DNA of 64,000 nucleotides from Chlorobaculum sp. MV4-Y (GTDB lineage: Bacteria; Bacteroidota; Chlorobiia; Chlorobiales; Chlorobiaceae). The notes under the pieces were generated by a model. That model saw nothing but the letters and a program-made list of their open reading frames with translations. It had not been told where the DNA came from and searched no databases. A program made the translations under genes and the position numbers. Shown here in pieces: positions 31,497-42,372 of the stretch (the stretch's first letter is position 1; each line of letters opens with the position of its first letter). The stretch spans positions 1,748,471 to 1,812,470 of the forward strand of contig NZ_CP104202.1 in the NCBI RefSeq assembly GCF_025244685.1. The letters run 5' to 3'.

Positions 31497-32558
31497 TTAC
31501 AGTTGTGAGAGAATCTGCTGCTTTTTGGCATCGAACTCCTCCTGCGTGATGAGATTGCTGTCGAGCATCTGTTTCAGCTTGGAGAGTTTGGCCACCAGAT
31601 CGTCCGCCGCTGGTTGTTGCGCGTTCATGCCGCCCATCATGCCAGCCATCGCCTGCCCCAGCCCGACACCTGCACCAAGTCCAACCCCCGCACCGGCAGC
31701 ACCACCCTCATTCTGCGCGGCATCGCGAAGCGCGACGAGCTGCTGGAGCTTGGCGAAATCGACACCCACCGCCTGTGCGGCCTGCGCTTCAGCCTGCATG
31801 TCCGCGACTCGCCCAACGCGCCGCTTTGTGTCATCGTCGAAATCGGTGTTCTCGACGCGAAAATCGGTCAGCCCGAAGCCGAGCGCCGCGAAGATCGGCG
31901 CAACCTTCTCCCTGACGCCATCGGCAATCTCGTTCCGTTTGGCGTCGATCTCGTTGTAGCCGAACTTCGCTTCTGCGAGAAAATCGGTCAGCGGCTGCAC
32001 CAGCCTCGCCACGATCACCGTGCGAAGCTCATCGATGGTCAGCTGATCGCGCTGGCCCATGATGTTGACGAAGAAACTTCCGGCATCGGTAATCCGGAAC
32101 GAGAAGTTGCCATACCCGCGCATCCCGACGGGAAACTTGTACTGCGGATCGAGGTATTTGACCGGCCCCGGCGTCCCCCACCCCTGGTTCAGGATTTCGG
32201 CTGTCCGGAAAAAATAGATGCCGACCTTGTGCTCGCTCCGGAACGCCTGCATGAACCTGGTAATGGTCGTCCAGAAAGGAATGTTCGCCGTTTTCAGGTC
32301 GGTCATGCCGGGTTCGGTGATGACCGCCTGCGGCTTGCCTTCATAGACAAAAATCACGCCCTGGCCGGGGCCGACGATCAGCTTCGATGCATTCTTGATT
32401 TCATCCCCGTTATCCGTCCACCGCTCAAAAAGCACATCCGGAGCCGGGTTTTTCCACTCGATGACCGAACGGAGCTGCCCCGTGACTGAATTCCATAACG
32501 CCATATCTCTTTTCCTTTTATTGTTTGCTTCAAGAAACCTGATGTCATACAGATACAA
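31497..32558 (-). CDS. SPFH/band-7 domain protein with C-terminal SHOCT-like domain
   Basis: 353 aa. C-terminal LVAKLSKLKQMLDSNLITQEEFDAKKQQIL is SHOCT-like. 16-nt gap to the downstream Tim44-like gene. Confidence 0.55.
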   Translation of the reverse strand: MYLYDIRFLEANNKRKRDMALWNSVTGQLRSVIEWKNPAPDVLFERWTDNGDEIKNASKLIVGPGQGVIFVYEGKPQAVITEPGMTDLKTANIPFWTTITRFMQAFRSEHKVGIYFFRTAEILNQGWGTPGPVKYLDPQYKFPVGMRGYGNFSFRITDAGSFFVNIMGQRDQLTIDELRTVIVARLVQPLTDFLAEAKFGYNEIDAKRNEIADGVREKVAPIFAALGFGLTDFRVENTDFDDDTKRRVGRVADMQAEAQAAQAVGVDFAKLQQLVALRDAAQNEGGAAGAGVGLGAGVGLGQAMAGMMGGMNAQQPAADDLVAKLSKLKQMLDSNLITQEEFDAKKQQILSQL

Positions 32559-32816
32559 TCAAAACCGAACTATACGACGCCAACCAAAGCAAAACCCTGC
32601 TTGCCTGCAGGCGCCTGTTCCTGAAAATAGCCTTGTGACAAGATTTTCAGCGCATTGGCAGATGAATGAAGAAAGATACGGTATTGAGCAACAAGGTGGA
32701 TGGAGGCGCTGAAAAAGAGGTGATCGTCTCAAAGTGATTCCAGGGAAAGAAGGCGACCAGGAAGTACCGTTTTCAGGCCGTGCCTTTTCAGAAAAGCACG
32801 GCCTGTACGGAGAAAA

Positions 32817-33245
32817 TCAGAGGATTTCGACCAGTTCGAGTTCGAAGTTCAGATCGAGACCGGCCATCGGATGGTTGGCGTCGAGCGTGACGGTGGTGTC
32901 GGTCAGATCGACAATCATCACGATCGCTTCGCCACCGTCGGCGAGGCTCAACTGCAACTGCTGGCCGATTTCGAGCGGAATTTCGGCGGGAATCTGGTCG
33001 CGTTTGATTTCGGCGATCAGCTCTTCAGCTCTCGGGCCGTACGCCTCATCCACGGGAATGTTGACCGTCTTCTTCTGGCCCGGTTCCATATCGACCAGCG
33101 CGCGGTCGAAGCCTGCAATCACCATACCGGTGCCGATGGTAACCTCCAGCGGGCCGCGATCCATGGAGCTGTCGAAAACCGTGCCGTCATCATACGTGCC
33201 GGTATAGTGAACCAGAACCTTGTCGCCTTTTTTTGCCTGTGCCAT
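32817..33245 (-). CDS. slyD: FKBP-type peptidyl-prolyl cis-trans isomerase (SlyD-like)
   Basis: Start MAQAKKGDKVLVHYTGTYDDGTVFDSS with an AAGGAG RBS. FKBP fold with an inserted flap. Confidence 0.75.
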   Translation of the reverse strand: MAQAKKGDKVLVHYTGTYDDGTVFDSSMDRGPLEVTIGTGMVIAGFDRALVDMEPGQKKTVNIPVDEAYGPRAEELIAEIKRDQIPAEIPLEIGQQLQLSLADGGEAIVMIVDLTDTTVTLDANHPMAGLDLNFELELVEIL

Positions 33246-33484
33246 AACTCGTTCTCCTTCTATCATTTAAAATCGGGACATCCGCCAGAAAGACCATCAA
33301 CTCTTACCGGAACCGAAAGCCAACGACTGCCCGCATGAAAAAAAATTCCGCCAGAAGATAACACTTTTTACCAGAGCCGGGCCGAAAAGTTCCGGCATGA
33401 CTCGCCGTATTGATCTGCCGCGACACCACTTCAAAGTACACCGATTGGTGTCGAAACGTTCAGTGCCGGGTATTCTCCCCCTCC

Positions 33485-34534
33485 TCACTCCACCGGCAGT
33501 TCGACGGCGTTGTTGTCGTCGTCTTCGAGAGTTTGCGGAGAATGGATGAACGAGATCAGCTTTTCGCGGACGTGGCAGCGAAGGTTCCAGAGGTCGGTGG
33601 CGTTGGCGGCACTGACAAGCGCGCGAAGCTCCATGGTGACATCCCCCGAATCGGTGACTTCGAGCCGGGCGATGCGTTTGTCCCAGAGCGAACTCTGAGC
33701 GACGATCCGCTCGAACTCCCGCCGCACTTCATCGACCGGCACGTGGTAGCCGACCCGGAGCATCACTGCGCCGGTCAGTTCGAGTGAGTTGAATGTCCAG
33801 TTCTGGAAGGGCTTGTCGATGAACCAGGTAATCGGTACGATGATGCGGCGCTCGTCCCAGAGACGCACAACGACGTAGGTGAGCGTGATCTCCTCGACAC
33901 GCCCGCTCTCCTTTTCGACAACCACGATGTCGCCGAGACGCACCGGCTGGGTGATGGCGATCTGGATGCCCGCGATGAGGGTCTGAAGGCTGCGCTGGGC
34001 GGCGAAACCGATCACGATGCCCGCAAGCCCTGCCGAGGCGAGAATGCTCAGGCCGATCTGCCGAACGGTCTCAAAGGTCATCAGCACACCGGCAATGGCG
34101 ACAATCACGACCAGCACGTTGACGATCTTCCGGAGCAGGCTGATGTTGGTGGTAATGCGGCGCGCCTCTATGTCGCTTTTTCCGGCATCCCGGTAGCGCT
34201 GCCGGATCACCTCTTCGATCACAGCAAAAATCCTGAGCACGAACCATGAGACGCCCGCTATCGAGCTGATGGAGAGGATGTGAGTCAGAAGCTCCTTGAT
34301 CTCACCCGGTATCCGGACATAGTACACGATTCCGGCGAGGGTGATCAGAACAAAAAGCAACCGGATTGGGATGAGAAGCCGGACAAGTACCGGCGCACTT
34401 CCCGCCACGGTTTGCCTGATGCGTTCAAGAATCCGTTTCAGCACAGCATTGCCAAACAGATACAGCAGTACCGCCAGCACGGTGGCAGCCACCGGCATCA
34501 TCCACGATTCGATCAGAGTCTCTGCGTTCATCAT
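33485..34534 (-). CDS. mechanosensitive ion channel (MscS family)
   Basis: 349 aa with N-terminal TM helices and an MscS beta-domain. Confidence 0.8.
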   Translation of the reverse strand: MMNAETLIESWMMPVAATVLAVLLYLFGNAVLKRILERIRQTVAGSAPVLVRLLIPIRLLFVLITLAGIVYYVRIPGEIKELLTHILSISSIAGVSWFVLRIFAVIEEVIRQRYRDAGKSDIEARRITTNISLLRKIVNVLVVIVAIAGVLMTFETVRQIGLSILASAGLAGIVIGFAAQRSLQTLIAGIQIAITQPVRLGDIVVVEKESGRVEEITLTYVVVRLWDERRIIVPITWFIDKPFQNWTFNSLELTGAVMLRVGYHVPVDEVRREFERIVAQSSLWDKRIARLEVTDSGDVTMELRALVSAANATDLWNLRCHVREKLISFIHSPQTLEDDDNNAVELPVE

Positions 34535-34666
34535 CGTCCATTGATTGGTTCCGGGCGTTCGGCCCGATTCATAGTAAAAAGGTAGTGATGAACTCGAATG
34601 CCTGCAAACGCGAACGTCCCGAAGGGGCTGCCTTCGGGACGTTCAGAAAGGGGGGGCGAGATGCCT

Positions 34667-35866
34667 TCAGCGCGAAATCTTCATGCGGTCGAACTCTTCG
34701 CGGGAGCGGCTGACGCAGTCCTCGATGGCCATGCCGCCGTAGTAATTGCCGGTCATGTAGAGGTTACGCACGTTGCCGAGCATCTGGCCGGCTTTCGAGG
34801 CCCAATCCTTATGGCCAACGCGCAATGAAGGCACCACATTCTTTTTGGTGACGGTATGCTCGATCTTCGACTGACTGACGCCAAGCACCTCGGTGATCCG
34901 CTTGAATTTGGCGTTGTCGTCAAGGCCCGGACGGAAATGGAATGCAAAACCGCGGAAATTGTCATCGGGCACGGTGTCGCGCGACACCATCGAAAAGAAG
35001 GTGTCGTTCGGCGAAATGATCGCAGCCACAGGCTTGAGTGACACGTTGCTTTTGCGGATCACCACGCCAACCGAATCAACATCAGCGTACCTGAGTTTGG
35101 TAAAGTGATCGGCAAGTCCCGGATTGATGTCGTGCACCAGCCGTGCTGCCGGAGCCGAGGGCAGCGCAATGACGAGCGCATCACCGGCATACTCCTGACC
35201 GTCAGCGGTTTTGACAACATACTTGCCGCCTGAGGTCGAAACCGACTGCGCCGGCGAACCGGCGCGAACCTCGATTCCCTTCTGGCTGGCGATGGTGCGG
35301 GCAACGCTCTGCAGGCCATTCTTGAACGTATAGTTCTTGAGCACATCCTTGCGTTTTTCACGGCTCTTGAACATCATGTCAGCCGGAAAATCGTCAGTCG
35401 GCTGCGACGGCACGGCGTTGAAGAAGTGGCTCACCGTGTTGCGGTAGTTGTTCTCTCCAACGATTTTGGAGTAATAGGAGCGCACCGACATGTTCTCCTT
35501 CTTGAGGGAAAAGATGTTCGGCGCGGAACGGAGCAGCTCGAAAATATTGAGTCCGGACATGATCGACGACACCTTCCCGTTCTTGAGCAGCGTGAAGGGC
35601 ACTTTGGCACGGGGAATGATGGTATCGGCGATGCCGCAGCCTTCGACGATGCCGAGCAGGTTCTGGTAGGAGCTGTAGCAGGTGTGCGCCCCCATCTCCA
35701 GCCAGAATTTGTCGTTGTTGCTCGAAAACTGGGGGGAGGAGAATGAACCGCCAACGGCGCTCTCCTTTTCAATCAGTGTGGTTTTCATGCCGGCCTGCGA
35801 ACAGTAAAATGCCATGCTGAGTCCGCTGATGCCGCCGCCGATGATGACTACCTCTTTTTGCGCCAT
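34667..35866 (-). CDS. FAD-dependent oxidoreductase (protoporphyrinogen oxidase-like)
   Basis: Start MAQKEVVIIGGGISGLSMAF (GxGxxG dinucleotide fold). About 399 aa. Confidence 0.55.
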   Translation of the reverse strand: MAQKEVVIIGGGISGLSMAFYCSQAGMKTTLIEKESAVGGSFSSPQFSSNNDKFWLEMGAHTCYSSYQNLLGIVEGCGIADTIIPRAKVPFTLLKNGKVSSIMSGLNIFELLRSAPNIFSLKKENMSVRSYYSKIVGENNYRNTVSHFFNAVPSQPTDDFPADMMFKSREKRKDVLKNYTFKNGLQSVARTIASQKGIEVRAGSPAQSVSTSGGKYVVKTADGQEYAGDALVIALPSAPAARLVHDINPGLADHFTKLRYADVDSVGVVIRKSNVSLKPVAAIISPNDTFFSMVSRDTVPDDNFRGFAFHFRPGLDDNAKFKRITEVLGVSQSKIEHTVTKKNVVPSLRVGHKDWASKAGQMLGNVRNLYMTGNYYGGMAIEDCVSRSREEFDRMKISR

Positions 35867-35951
35867 GAGAAAGCTGGTGATGGTTCGTAGAAAAAATGAT
35901 GGGTAATGTAGCGAAATCATTACAGAAGATCATGGCAAAACGTAACGGGCT

Positions 35952-36482
35952 TTACCGGCCCTCATAGCCCTCTTCACGATAGTGCGCCACGTAACGCACG
36001 TAATTTTCCGGCGACTCGGCGATATTGGCACGCTCCTCCTCGGTGATCGGGCGGATCACCTTGGCAGGAACTCCGGCAACCAGCATTCCCGAAGGCACCC
36101 GAAAGCCCTGCTTGACGAGCGACCCGGCAGCCACGATCGACCAGGGTTCGACGACGCAATGATCGAGCAGGGTAGCGCTCATACCAATCAGCACGTTGTC
36201 CTCAACCGTGCAGGCGTGCAGCGTGGCCGCATGGCCGATGGTCACGTTGCTGCCGATCTTCAGCGGGCCGGTATCGTGGGTCACGTGCAGCGTCGCGTTG
36301 TCCTGCACGCTGGTCTTTTCGCCTATAGTGATCGGGCAGACATCGCCCCTGACCACTGCGTTGAACCAGATGCTCGAATGCGCGCCAATTTTGACATCGC
36401 CAATGACATAGGAGCCTTCGGCCAGAAAAACGGACTCGTGAATCTCCGGGTGCATCCCCCGGTATGACATGACCTTTCTCAT
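35952..36482 (-). CDS. gamma-class carbonic anhydrase family protein (hexapeptide-repeat, LbH)
   Basis: 176 aa with hexapeptide repeats. Conserved His positions typical of gamma-CA/YrdA. Confidence 0.8.
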   Translation of the reverse strand: MRKVMSYRGMHPEIHESVFLAEGSYVIGDVKIGAHSSIWFNAVVRGDVCPITIGEKTSVQDNATLHVTHDTGPLKIGSNVTIGHAATLHACTVEDNVLIGMSATLLDHCVVEPWSIVAAGSLVKQGFRVPSGMLVAGVPAKVIRPITEEERANIAESPENYVRYVAHYREEGYEGR

Positions 36483-36688
36483 GAGACGGATAATTGAAAT
36501 TTTGGACGACTTATAAACTCAAATTTCAGATTACCGTTTTTTCACCCGATTTGAAAGAGCGCCACGTGTAAAATGGAGGATAAATCGATGCCCCCTTTCC
36601 GGTCCGCGTTTGTTTTGCTTTGTAAACGGCCATGCGGTTCTTACCTTTCAAAGCAAGCCTCACCCCCAGTAACCAAAGCTTGAAGTAC

Positions 36689-37837
36689 ATGAAAAAGCTT
36701 CTCCTTCCGCTGGTGCTCCTTTCGGCACCCATGTTTTCCCCGCGGCCATCGTTCGCTTTCGGGCATGAACCTCTGTCAATAACCGCCAACCAGCAGGCCA
36801 GTCTGGAGCAGACCGCAAAAAACGGCACTTACGAACTCCTTGTGGCCAAGAGGAGCGTCACCCTGAAAAACGGCGCATTCAAGGCTGGCGACAATCCGGA
36901 CAATTTCATCGAGGCCAAACTGGTGCGCTCGGTGGTCTGCGACCTGAACGACGACAACAAGCCGGACATCGCAGTCATCATCGAGCACCACGGTATGGGC
37001 AGCGCCGGATTCTTCGAGCTTTCCGCCCTGCTCTCCGGAGAAAACGGATTCACGCAAACCAAGCCGGTGCTGCTGGGTGAAAACATCAGGATCGAAGAGT
37101 TCAGCGCATCCTCGTCCATGTGGCAACCGGAAGAGCTGAACATTGTGTATCTCGGTCACCAGGAGTCCGACTCCCACGCCAACCCGACCGGGCAGAAACG
37201 AGCACGCTATTTCCTCGACGATGACGGCCAGCTCAGCAACGATTTTTCGCACATCCAGATCGTCAAAAAACCGGCACTCTATCTCTATCCCGTCAGAACT
37301 GCGAAAATCGAGGTGCGCCTGTCGCCGGAAGGCAAGCTCATCCGGACGATTCCCGACTACAACAACCGCTGGCGCGTCACGGTACAGAAAGACGGCATGA
37401 TCGACAGCGGTTATCACTATCTCTTCTACGAGGTAGCGCTCGACAAAAAGATCGAACTGCCCCGCCACGGCTGGTCGGTCCGATATGATAATCTCAGCGG
37501 CTGGTTCGACACAAATCTGCGCGAGATGGGACTCAACCAGGCGGAAGCCGAGGATATGAAAGAGTACTGGCTCAAAAATCTTCCGGAAAGCCCGTGTTAC
37601 ACTATCAAGCTGATTGAGCCTGACGTCGTGAACAAGCGTCTCGGCCTGAAGATACAACCGAAACCGGACAGCCTGCTCAGGGTTCTGCTCAATTTCACTC
37701 CAACCGAAAACCCGAAAAAATCAAGGCGCCAAAGCTCACCGGCTTCCGCAGAAAGGGCTTCACTGCCGTCGAATGGGGAGGTATTCTCGACGATGGACAC
37801 ATGGCTGACAAAGTGCACTGACCGGCATTGTCCTTGA
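36689..37837 (+). CDS. secreted hypothetical protein
   Basis: Start MKKLLLPLVLLSAPMFSP signal peptide. No recognised domain. Confidence 0.5.
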   Translation: MKKLLLPLVLLSAPMFSPRPSFAFGHEPLSITANQQASLEQTAKNGTYELLVAKRSVTLKNGAFKAGDNPDNFIEAKLVRSVVCDLNDDNKPDIAVIIEHHGMGSAGFFELSALLSGENGFTQTKPVLLGENIRIEEFSASSSMWQPEELNIVYLGHQESDSHANPTGQKRARYFLDDDGQLSNDFSHIQIVKKPALYLYPVRTAKIEVRLSPEGKLIRTIPDYNNRWRVTVQKDGMIDSGYHYLFYEVALDKKIELPRHGWSVRYDNLSGWFDTNLREMGLNQAEAEDMKEYWLKNLPESPCYTIKLIEPDVVNKRLGLKIQPKPDSLLRVLLNFTPTENPKKSRRQSSPASAERASLPSNGEVFSTMDTWLTKCTDRHCP

Positions 37838-37970
37838 TCCGTAGCTGCCGCGACGGCTCCATGGATATTTCGACATCAGGACAGCGGAAGGATCGCTATA
37901 TTGCGGAACGAATGTGCAACGCCAGAACTGGCCGCGCCGTTACTGACAGGTAATTTTTGAGCTGAATGTT

Positions 37971-38705
37971 ATGGGTTCGATACTGAGCTGTACCAATCTG
38001 AAGAAGGTTTACAACAAACGCGAGGTGGTCAAAAGCGCGACTCTTGAGGTGAAACAGGGCGAGATTGTAGGTCTGCTCGGCCCGAACGGTGCGGGCAAGA
38101 CCACCACGTTTTACATGATTGTCGGCCTGGTCAAACCCGATGCGGGACAAGTGCTGCTTGACCAGGAGAATATTACCGACCTGCCGATGTACAAGCGGGC
38201 GCGCAAAGGCATCGGCTACCTGCCGCAGGAAGCGTCGGTGTTCCGCAAACTGACCGTCGAGGAGAACATCCTCGGCGTGCTCGAATTCACCTCGCTCTCC
38301 AAAGCCGAGCGGCACGAAAAGGCCGAGCAGATGCTCGAAGACCTGAACATCGCCAATATCCGCAAAAGCATGGGCTACGCACTTTCGGGCGGCGAAAGGC
38401 GCCGGACGGAGATCGCCCGCGCGCTGGCGCTCGACCCGCGCTTCATCCTGCTCGACGAGCCGTTCGCAGGCGTCGATCCGATTGCCGTCGAGGACATCCA
38501 GCAGATCGTCGAAGGGCTGGTGAAGCGCAACATCGGTGTGCTCATCACCGACCACAACGTGCACGAAACGCTCTCGATTACCGACCATGCCTACCTGCTC
38601 TTCGACGGTAGCATCTTCATGCACGGCACGCCTGAAGAGATCGCCGAAAACACCGAAGCCCGCAAGGTCTATCTCGGCGAAAAATTCTCGCTCGACCGCT
38701 ACTAA
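37971..38705 (+). CDS. lptB: LPS export ABC transporter ATP-binding protein
   Basis: Walker [13 protein letters not shown] signature LSGGERRR, Walker [12 protein letters not shown]. 244 aa LptB-like. Confidence 0.85.
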   Translation: MGSILSCTNLKKVYNKREVVKSATLEVKQGEIVGLLGPNGAGKTTTFYMIVGLVKPDAGQVLLDQENITDLPMYKRARKGIGYLPQEASVFRKLTVEENILGVLEFTSLSKAERHEKAEQMLEDLNIANIRKSMGYALSGGERRRTEIARALALDPRFILLDEPFAGVDPIAVEDIQQIVEGLVKRNIGVLITDHNVHETLSITDHAYLLFDGSIFMHGTPEEIAENTEARKVYLGEKFSLDRY

Positions 38706-38848
38706 GCGGCAAGAAAACAAACATGTCAACGCACGGACTGTTTATTCTGAAACTATGAGGGATACCCAAAAGTTGTAGTAAAGACTTGCCGTTTTTTTCA
38801 TGCCGCTCAGATGTATAACGCTCGTTTATTGCCGGAGGCAATGATCCG

Positions 38849-40351
38849 ATGAATATTCTTCTTCTCTATCCCGAGTTTCCAGACACATTCTGGAGCTTCA
38901 AGCACGCTCTCAAGTTCGTCAAAAAAAAGGCATCGCTTCCGCCGCTCGGCCTGCTGACCGTGGCGTCCATGCTTCCACCCGCCTGGCAGCGGCGGCTGGT
39001 CGATCTCAACGTTCGCAAGCTTCTCGGCGAAGACCTTGCATGGGCTGATATCGTTTTCATCAGCGCTATGGCGGTGCAACAGGATTCCGCTCGCGAGGTG
39101 ATCGCGCGCTGCAAGGCTGCCGGATTGCCGGTGGTAGCCGGTGGCCCGCTCTTCACCACCGGTTATGCCGAATTTCCCGAGGTTGACTATTTCGTGCTGA
39201 ACGAGGCGGAGCTCACCCTTCCACGCTTCATCGCCGATCTCGAAAACGGAGTTCCGGAGCGCTACTACACCGCCAATGAGTTCCCGGCGCTTGATTGCAC
39301 GCCGGTACCGGAGTGGACGCTGCTCGATATGAAACAGTACGCATCAATGGCCATCCAGTTTTCGCGCGGCTGCCCATACCGCTGCGATTTCTGCAACGTC
39401 ACGACCCTGTTCGGCCACAAAATCCGCACCAAAACCAGCTCACAGATCATCGCCGAGCTGGAGGGACTTCGACGACACGGCTGGCAGGATAGCGTTTTTT
39501 TCGTGGACGACAACTTCATCGCCCACCGCGCCTACCTCAAAAAAGAGCTGCTTCCAGCGCTGATCGAATGGCGAAAGTCGAAAGGCGTGACCAACAAGTT
39601 CTACACGGAGTGCTCAATCAATCTGGCCGATGATGCCGAACTGATGGAGCTGATGGTAAACGCGGGCTTCAACCAGGTGTTCATCGGCATCGAAACGCCG
39701 GAAGTCACCGCTTTACAGGCCTGCGGCAAACAGCACAACACCTCGCGCGACATGCTCGACAACGTCCGCAGAATCCAGAATGCAGGCATCGAGGTGCAGG
39801 GAGGCTTCATCGTGGGCTTCGACAGCGACACGCCATCGATCTTCCAGAAACAGATCGAGTTCATCCAGAAAAGCGGCATAGTCACCGCGATGGTCGGAAT
39901 TTTGCAGGCCCTGCCTGGCACAAAGCTTTATGAGCGACTGAAAAACGAGGGACGCCTGCTGCCCCATTCGAGTGGCGACAATGCGGACAGCAACACCAAT
40001 ATCGTACCGATGATGGACCCCGAAATCCTGCGCAAGGGGTACAGGGAGATGATGAACCACCTCTATGCTCCGAAATACTACTACCAGCGCATCCGCACGC
40101 TGCTGGAGGAGTACCGGGTGCCACAACTGAAAAGTCGTTTCAGGATGAGCCAGTTCATGGCTTTCATGCGTTCGACAGTAATGCTTGGCGTTATTGGCAG
40201 AGAACGTTTCCAGTACTGGAAAATGCTCGCCTGGACGGCCGTCAACCGTCAGCAGGCACTACCGCTGGCTGTAACGCTTGCCATCTATGGCCACCATTTC
40301 CGGAAGGTCTGCGCCCTGCATCTAAAAGAGCGGCAACATAGAAGTATATGA
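38849..40351 (+). CDS. B12-binding radical SAM protein (BchE/P-methylase family, DUF4070 C-terminus)
   Basis: N-terminal cobalamin-binding fold and CPYRCDFC radical-SAM cluster motif. Confidence 0.8.
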   Translation: MNILLLYPEFPDTFWSFKHALKFVKKKASLPPLGLLTVASMLPPAWQRRLVDLNVRKLLGEDLAWADIVFISAMAVQQDSAREVIARCKAAGLPVVAGGPLFTTGYAEFPEVDYFVLNEAELTLPRFIADLENGVPERYYTANEFPALDCTPVPEWTLLDMKQYASMAIQFSRGCPYRCDFCNVTTLFGHKIRTKTSSQIIAELEGLRRHGWQDSVFFVDDNFIAHRAYLKKELLPALIEWRKSKGVTNKFYTECSINLADDAELMELMVNAGFNQVFIGIETPEVTALQACGKQHNTSRDMLDNVRRIQNAGIEVQGGFIVGFDSDTPSIFQKQIEFIQKSGIVTAMVGILQALPGTKLYERLKNEGRLLPHSSGDNADSNTNIVPMMDPEILRKGYREMMNHLYAPKYYYQRIRTLLEEYRVPQLKSRFRMSQFMAFMRSTVMLGVIGRERFQYWKMLAWTAVNRQQALPLAVTLAIYGHHFRKVCALHLKERQHRSI

Positions 40352-40504
40352 ACTTCAAATCATCACGGATTTGTATGTTTACACAATAAAGAGTAATATC
40401 AGGTTTCTGGACAACGGTTGGGCCAGAGGCTTTCAAGTGATTTGTGCTTTTGATTATTTGGCAGCTTTTCTCTTTCTATCAAAGCACTAAGACCTTTAAA
40501 AAGC

Positions 40505-40777
40505 ATGAACATCTACATCGGCAATCTCGACTATAACGTCACCGAAGCAGACCTGAGCGGCGCATTTGGCGAATTCGGTACGGTTTCCAAAGCAAACGTC
40601 ATCATCGACAAGTTCACCGGCCGTTCAAAAGGATTCGGATTCGTTGAAATGCCTGACGACGCAGAGGCAAACGAAGCGATTTCCCAGCTGAACGAAAGCA
40701 GCCTCAACGGCAGAAAAATCAGGGTTAACGAAGCAAAGCCGCGTGAAGAGCGCCCGGCTGCCCGCCCCAGGTACTGA
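40505..40777 (+). CDS. RRM-type RNA-binding protein
   Basis: RNP-2 IYIGNL and RNP-1 KGFGFVEM motifs. Confidence 0.85.
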   Translation: MNIYIGNLDYNVTEADLSGAFGEFGTVSKANVIIDKFTGRSKGFGFVEMPDDAEANEAISQLNESSLNGRKIRVNEAKPREERPAARPRY

Positions 40778-40798
40778 GCACTGACCGGAATACAAGCC

Positions 40799-40832
40799 AA
40801 AAGCTGCTGTCGAAAACAGCAGCTTTTTTATT
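40799..40832 (+). terminator. Rho-independent terminator
   Basis: AAAGCTGCTGT-CGAAA-ACAGCAGCTTTTTTATT downstream of the RRM gene. Confidence 0.8.
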
Positions 40833-40859
40833 GCCCTGCGATTCCCGACCCGTGATGTC

Positions 40860-42332
40860 TTGCCGAGGGAAGAGCTCGTGCGTATCTTGCTCGAGACACT
40901 TTCAACCATCCCCTCCATCATGATCGCCGAGCCGTTTCTTTTCCACTCCGAAGGCGGGTTTATCCGCATTCCCATATGGGGCCACATCCCGCTGAGCGCG
41001 CCGCTCAAGAAAATTCTCGCCCACCCGTCGTTTTTGCGGCTCAAGGGCATCCGGCAGCTTTCGTTCGCCCAGCAGGTCTACCCCGGCGCGAACCACACGC
41101 GCTTCGAACACTCGATCGGCGTCTATCACCTGATGAAGATGATTTTGCAGCGCATGGTGAGCAATCCCCTGACGCTCGAATTGCAAAGCGAGCAGTTGCA
41201 GTTCGACGACGAGACCTGCCGCACGCTACTGGCCACTTGCCTGTTGCATGATATAGGGCACTATCCCCACGCCCATGTACTTGAGGAGATCACCCCGGCA
41301 GGCGACAACTCCGCCGTGTTCACGCACCACGAATCGCTGACCGGCCAGTTTCTGAACGAGGAGCATCGCAACACCCCCTCCATCGCGGCTATCCTGCACA
41401 ACGACTGGCAAGTCGATCCCGGCGTCGTGACGGAGATCATCGCGGGCAAGACGGCGCACCGGCTCGGCAAGCTGGTGAGCGGCACGCTCGATCCCGACAA
41501 GATGGACTACCTCATGCGTGACGCGCACCACTGCAACATTCCGTACGGCAGTATCGACATCGAGCGGCTCATCGAATCGTTTGTGCCCGACCCGGAACGC
41601 CAGCGCCTCGCGATCACCGAAAAAGGGATCGCGCCGCTCGAAAGCCTGCTGTTTGCCAAGTACATGATGATGCGCAACGTTTACTGGCACCACACGAGCC
41701 GCACCTTCTCGACCATGCTCCGGCGGTTCCTGCAGGATATCGCCGACGAGAGCGCCCTGCCAGCGGAGACCTTGCGCGAACTCTTCTATTTCAACTCCGA
41801 CGACCGGGTACTTTTCGAGCTTGAGCGGGCAATTCGCGGGCTTGGCTTGCCAGCCTCAGAGCTGCTCGACGCAATTCTGGAGCGTCGCGTTTACAAACGC
41901 GCCATGACCATCCGGCCCTATCACGAACCATCAATGGAGATCGATCCGGTATGGTTCGCCTACAACACCAGCCACCGCCGCCGCAAAGAGAAAGAGCTGG
42001 AAATCTGCGCCATGCTTGCAAAAAAAACCGGCAAAAGACTTGCGGGCCACGAAGTGCTGATCGATGCGCCGCCATCGAAGGATGTGTTCGACTACGCGGA
42101 CTTCCGCGAACTGCGCATCTGGCCGACCAAAAGCGAGCACCGGCACCTGGTGCAGCCCACGGACTCGAACGGATACGTCCGGTTCGAGGATTTCCGGGAA
42201 TCGGTGTTTGGCTCCAACTTCATCCTCTCGTTCGAACATTACACCAAGAAGTTCAGGATACTGTGCCGTCACGACCTCGTCGATACGCTCTCCAGCCTCG
42301 AAGAGGAGGTGGTGGAAATCCTGCAGCGCTGA
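40860..42332 (+). CDS. HD-domain dNTP triphosphohydrolase-like protein (dGTPase/SAMHD1-like)
   Basis: HD motifs ANHTRFEHSIGVYHL and CLLHDIGHYPHAHV. Confidence 0.6.
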   Translation: MPREELVRILLETLSTIPSIMIAEPFLFHSEGGFIRIPIWGHIPLSAPLKKILAHPSFLRLKGIRQLSFAQQVYPGANHTRFEHSIGVYHLMKMILQRMVSNPLTLELQSEQLQFDDETCRTLLATCLLHDIGHYPHAHVLEEITPAGDNSAVFTHHESLTGQFLNEEHRNTPSIAAILHNDWQVDPGVVTEIIAGKTAHRLGKLVSGTLDPDKMDYLMRDAHHCNIPYGSIDIERLIESFVPDPERQRLAITEKGIAPLESLLFAKYMMMRNVYWHHTSRTFSTMLRRFLQDIADESALPAETLRELFYFNSDDRVLFELERAIRGLGLPASELLDAILERRVYKRAMTIRPYHEPSMEIDPVWFAYNTSHRRRKEKELEICAMLAKKTGKRLAGHEVLIDAPPSKDVFDYADFRELRIWPTKSEHRHLVQPTDSNGYVRFEDFRESVFGSNFILSFEHYTKKFRILCRHDLVDTLSSLEEEVVEILQR

Positions 42333-42372
42333 TTTTTGTTATATTTCTTTTTTACAACGAAATCCCGAGATC

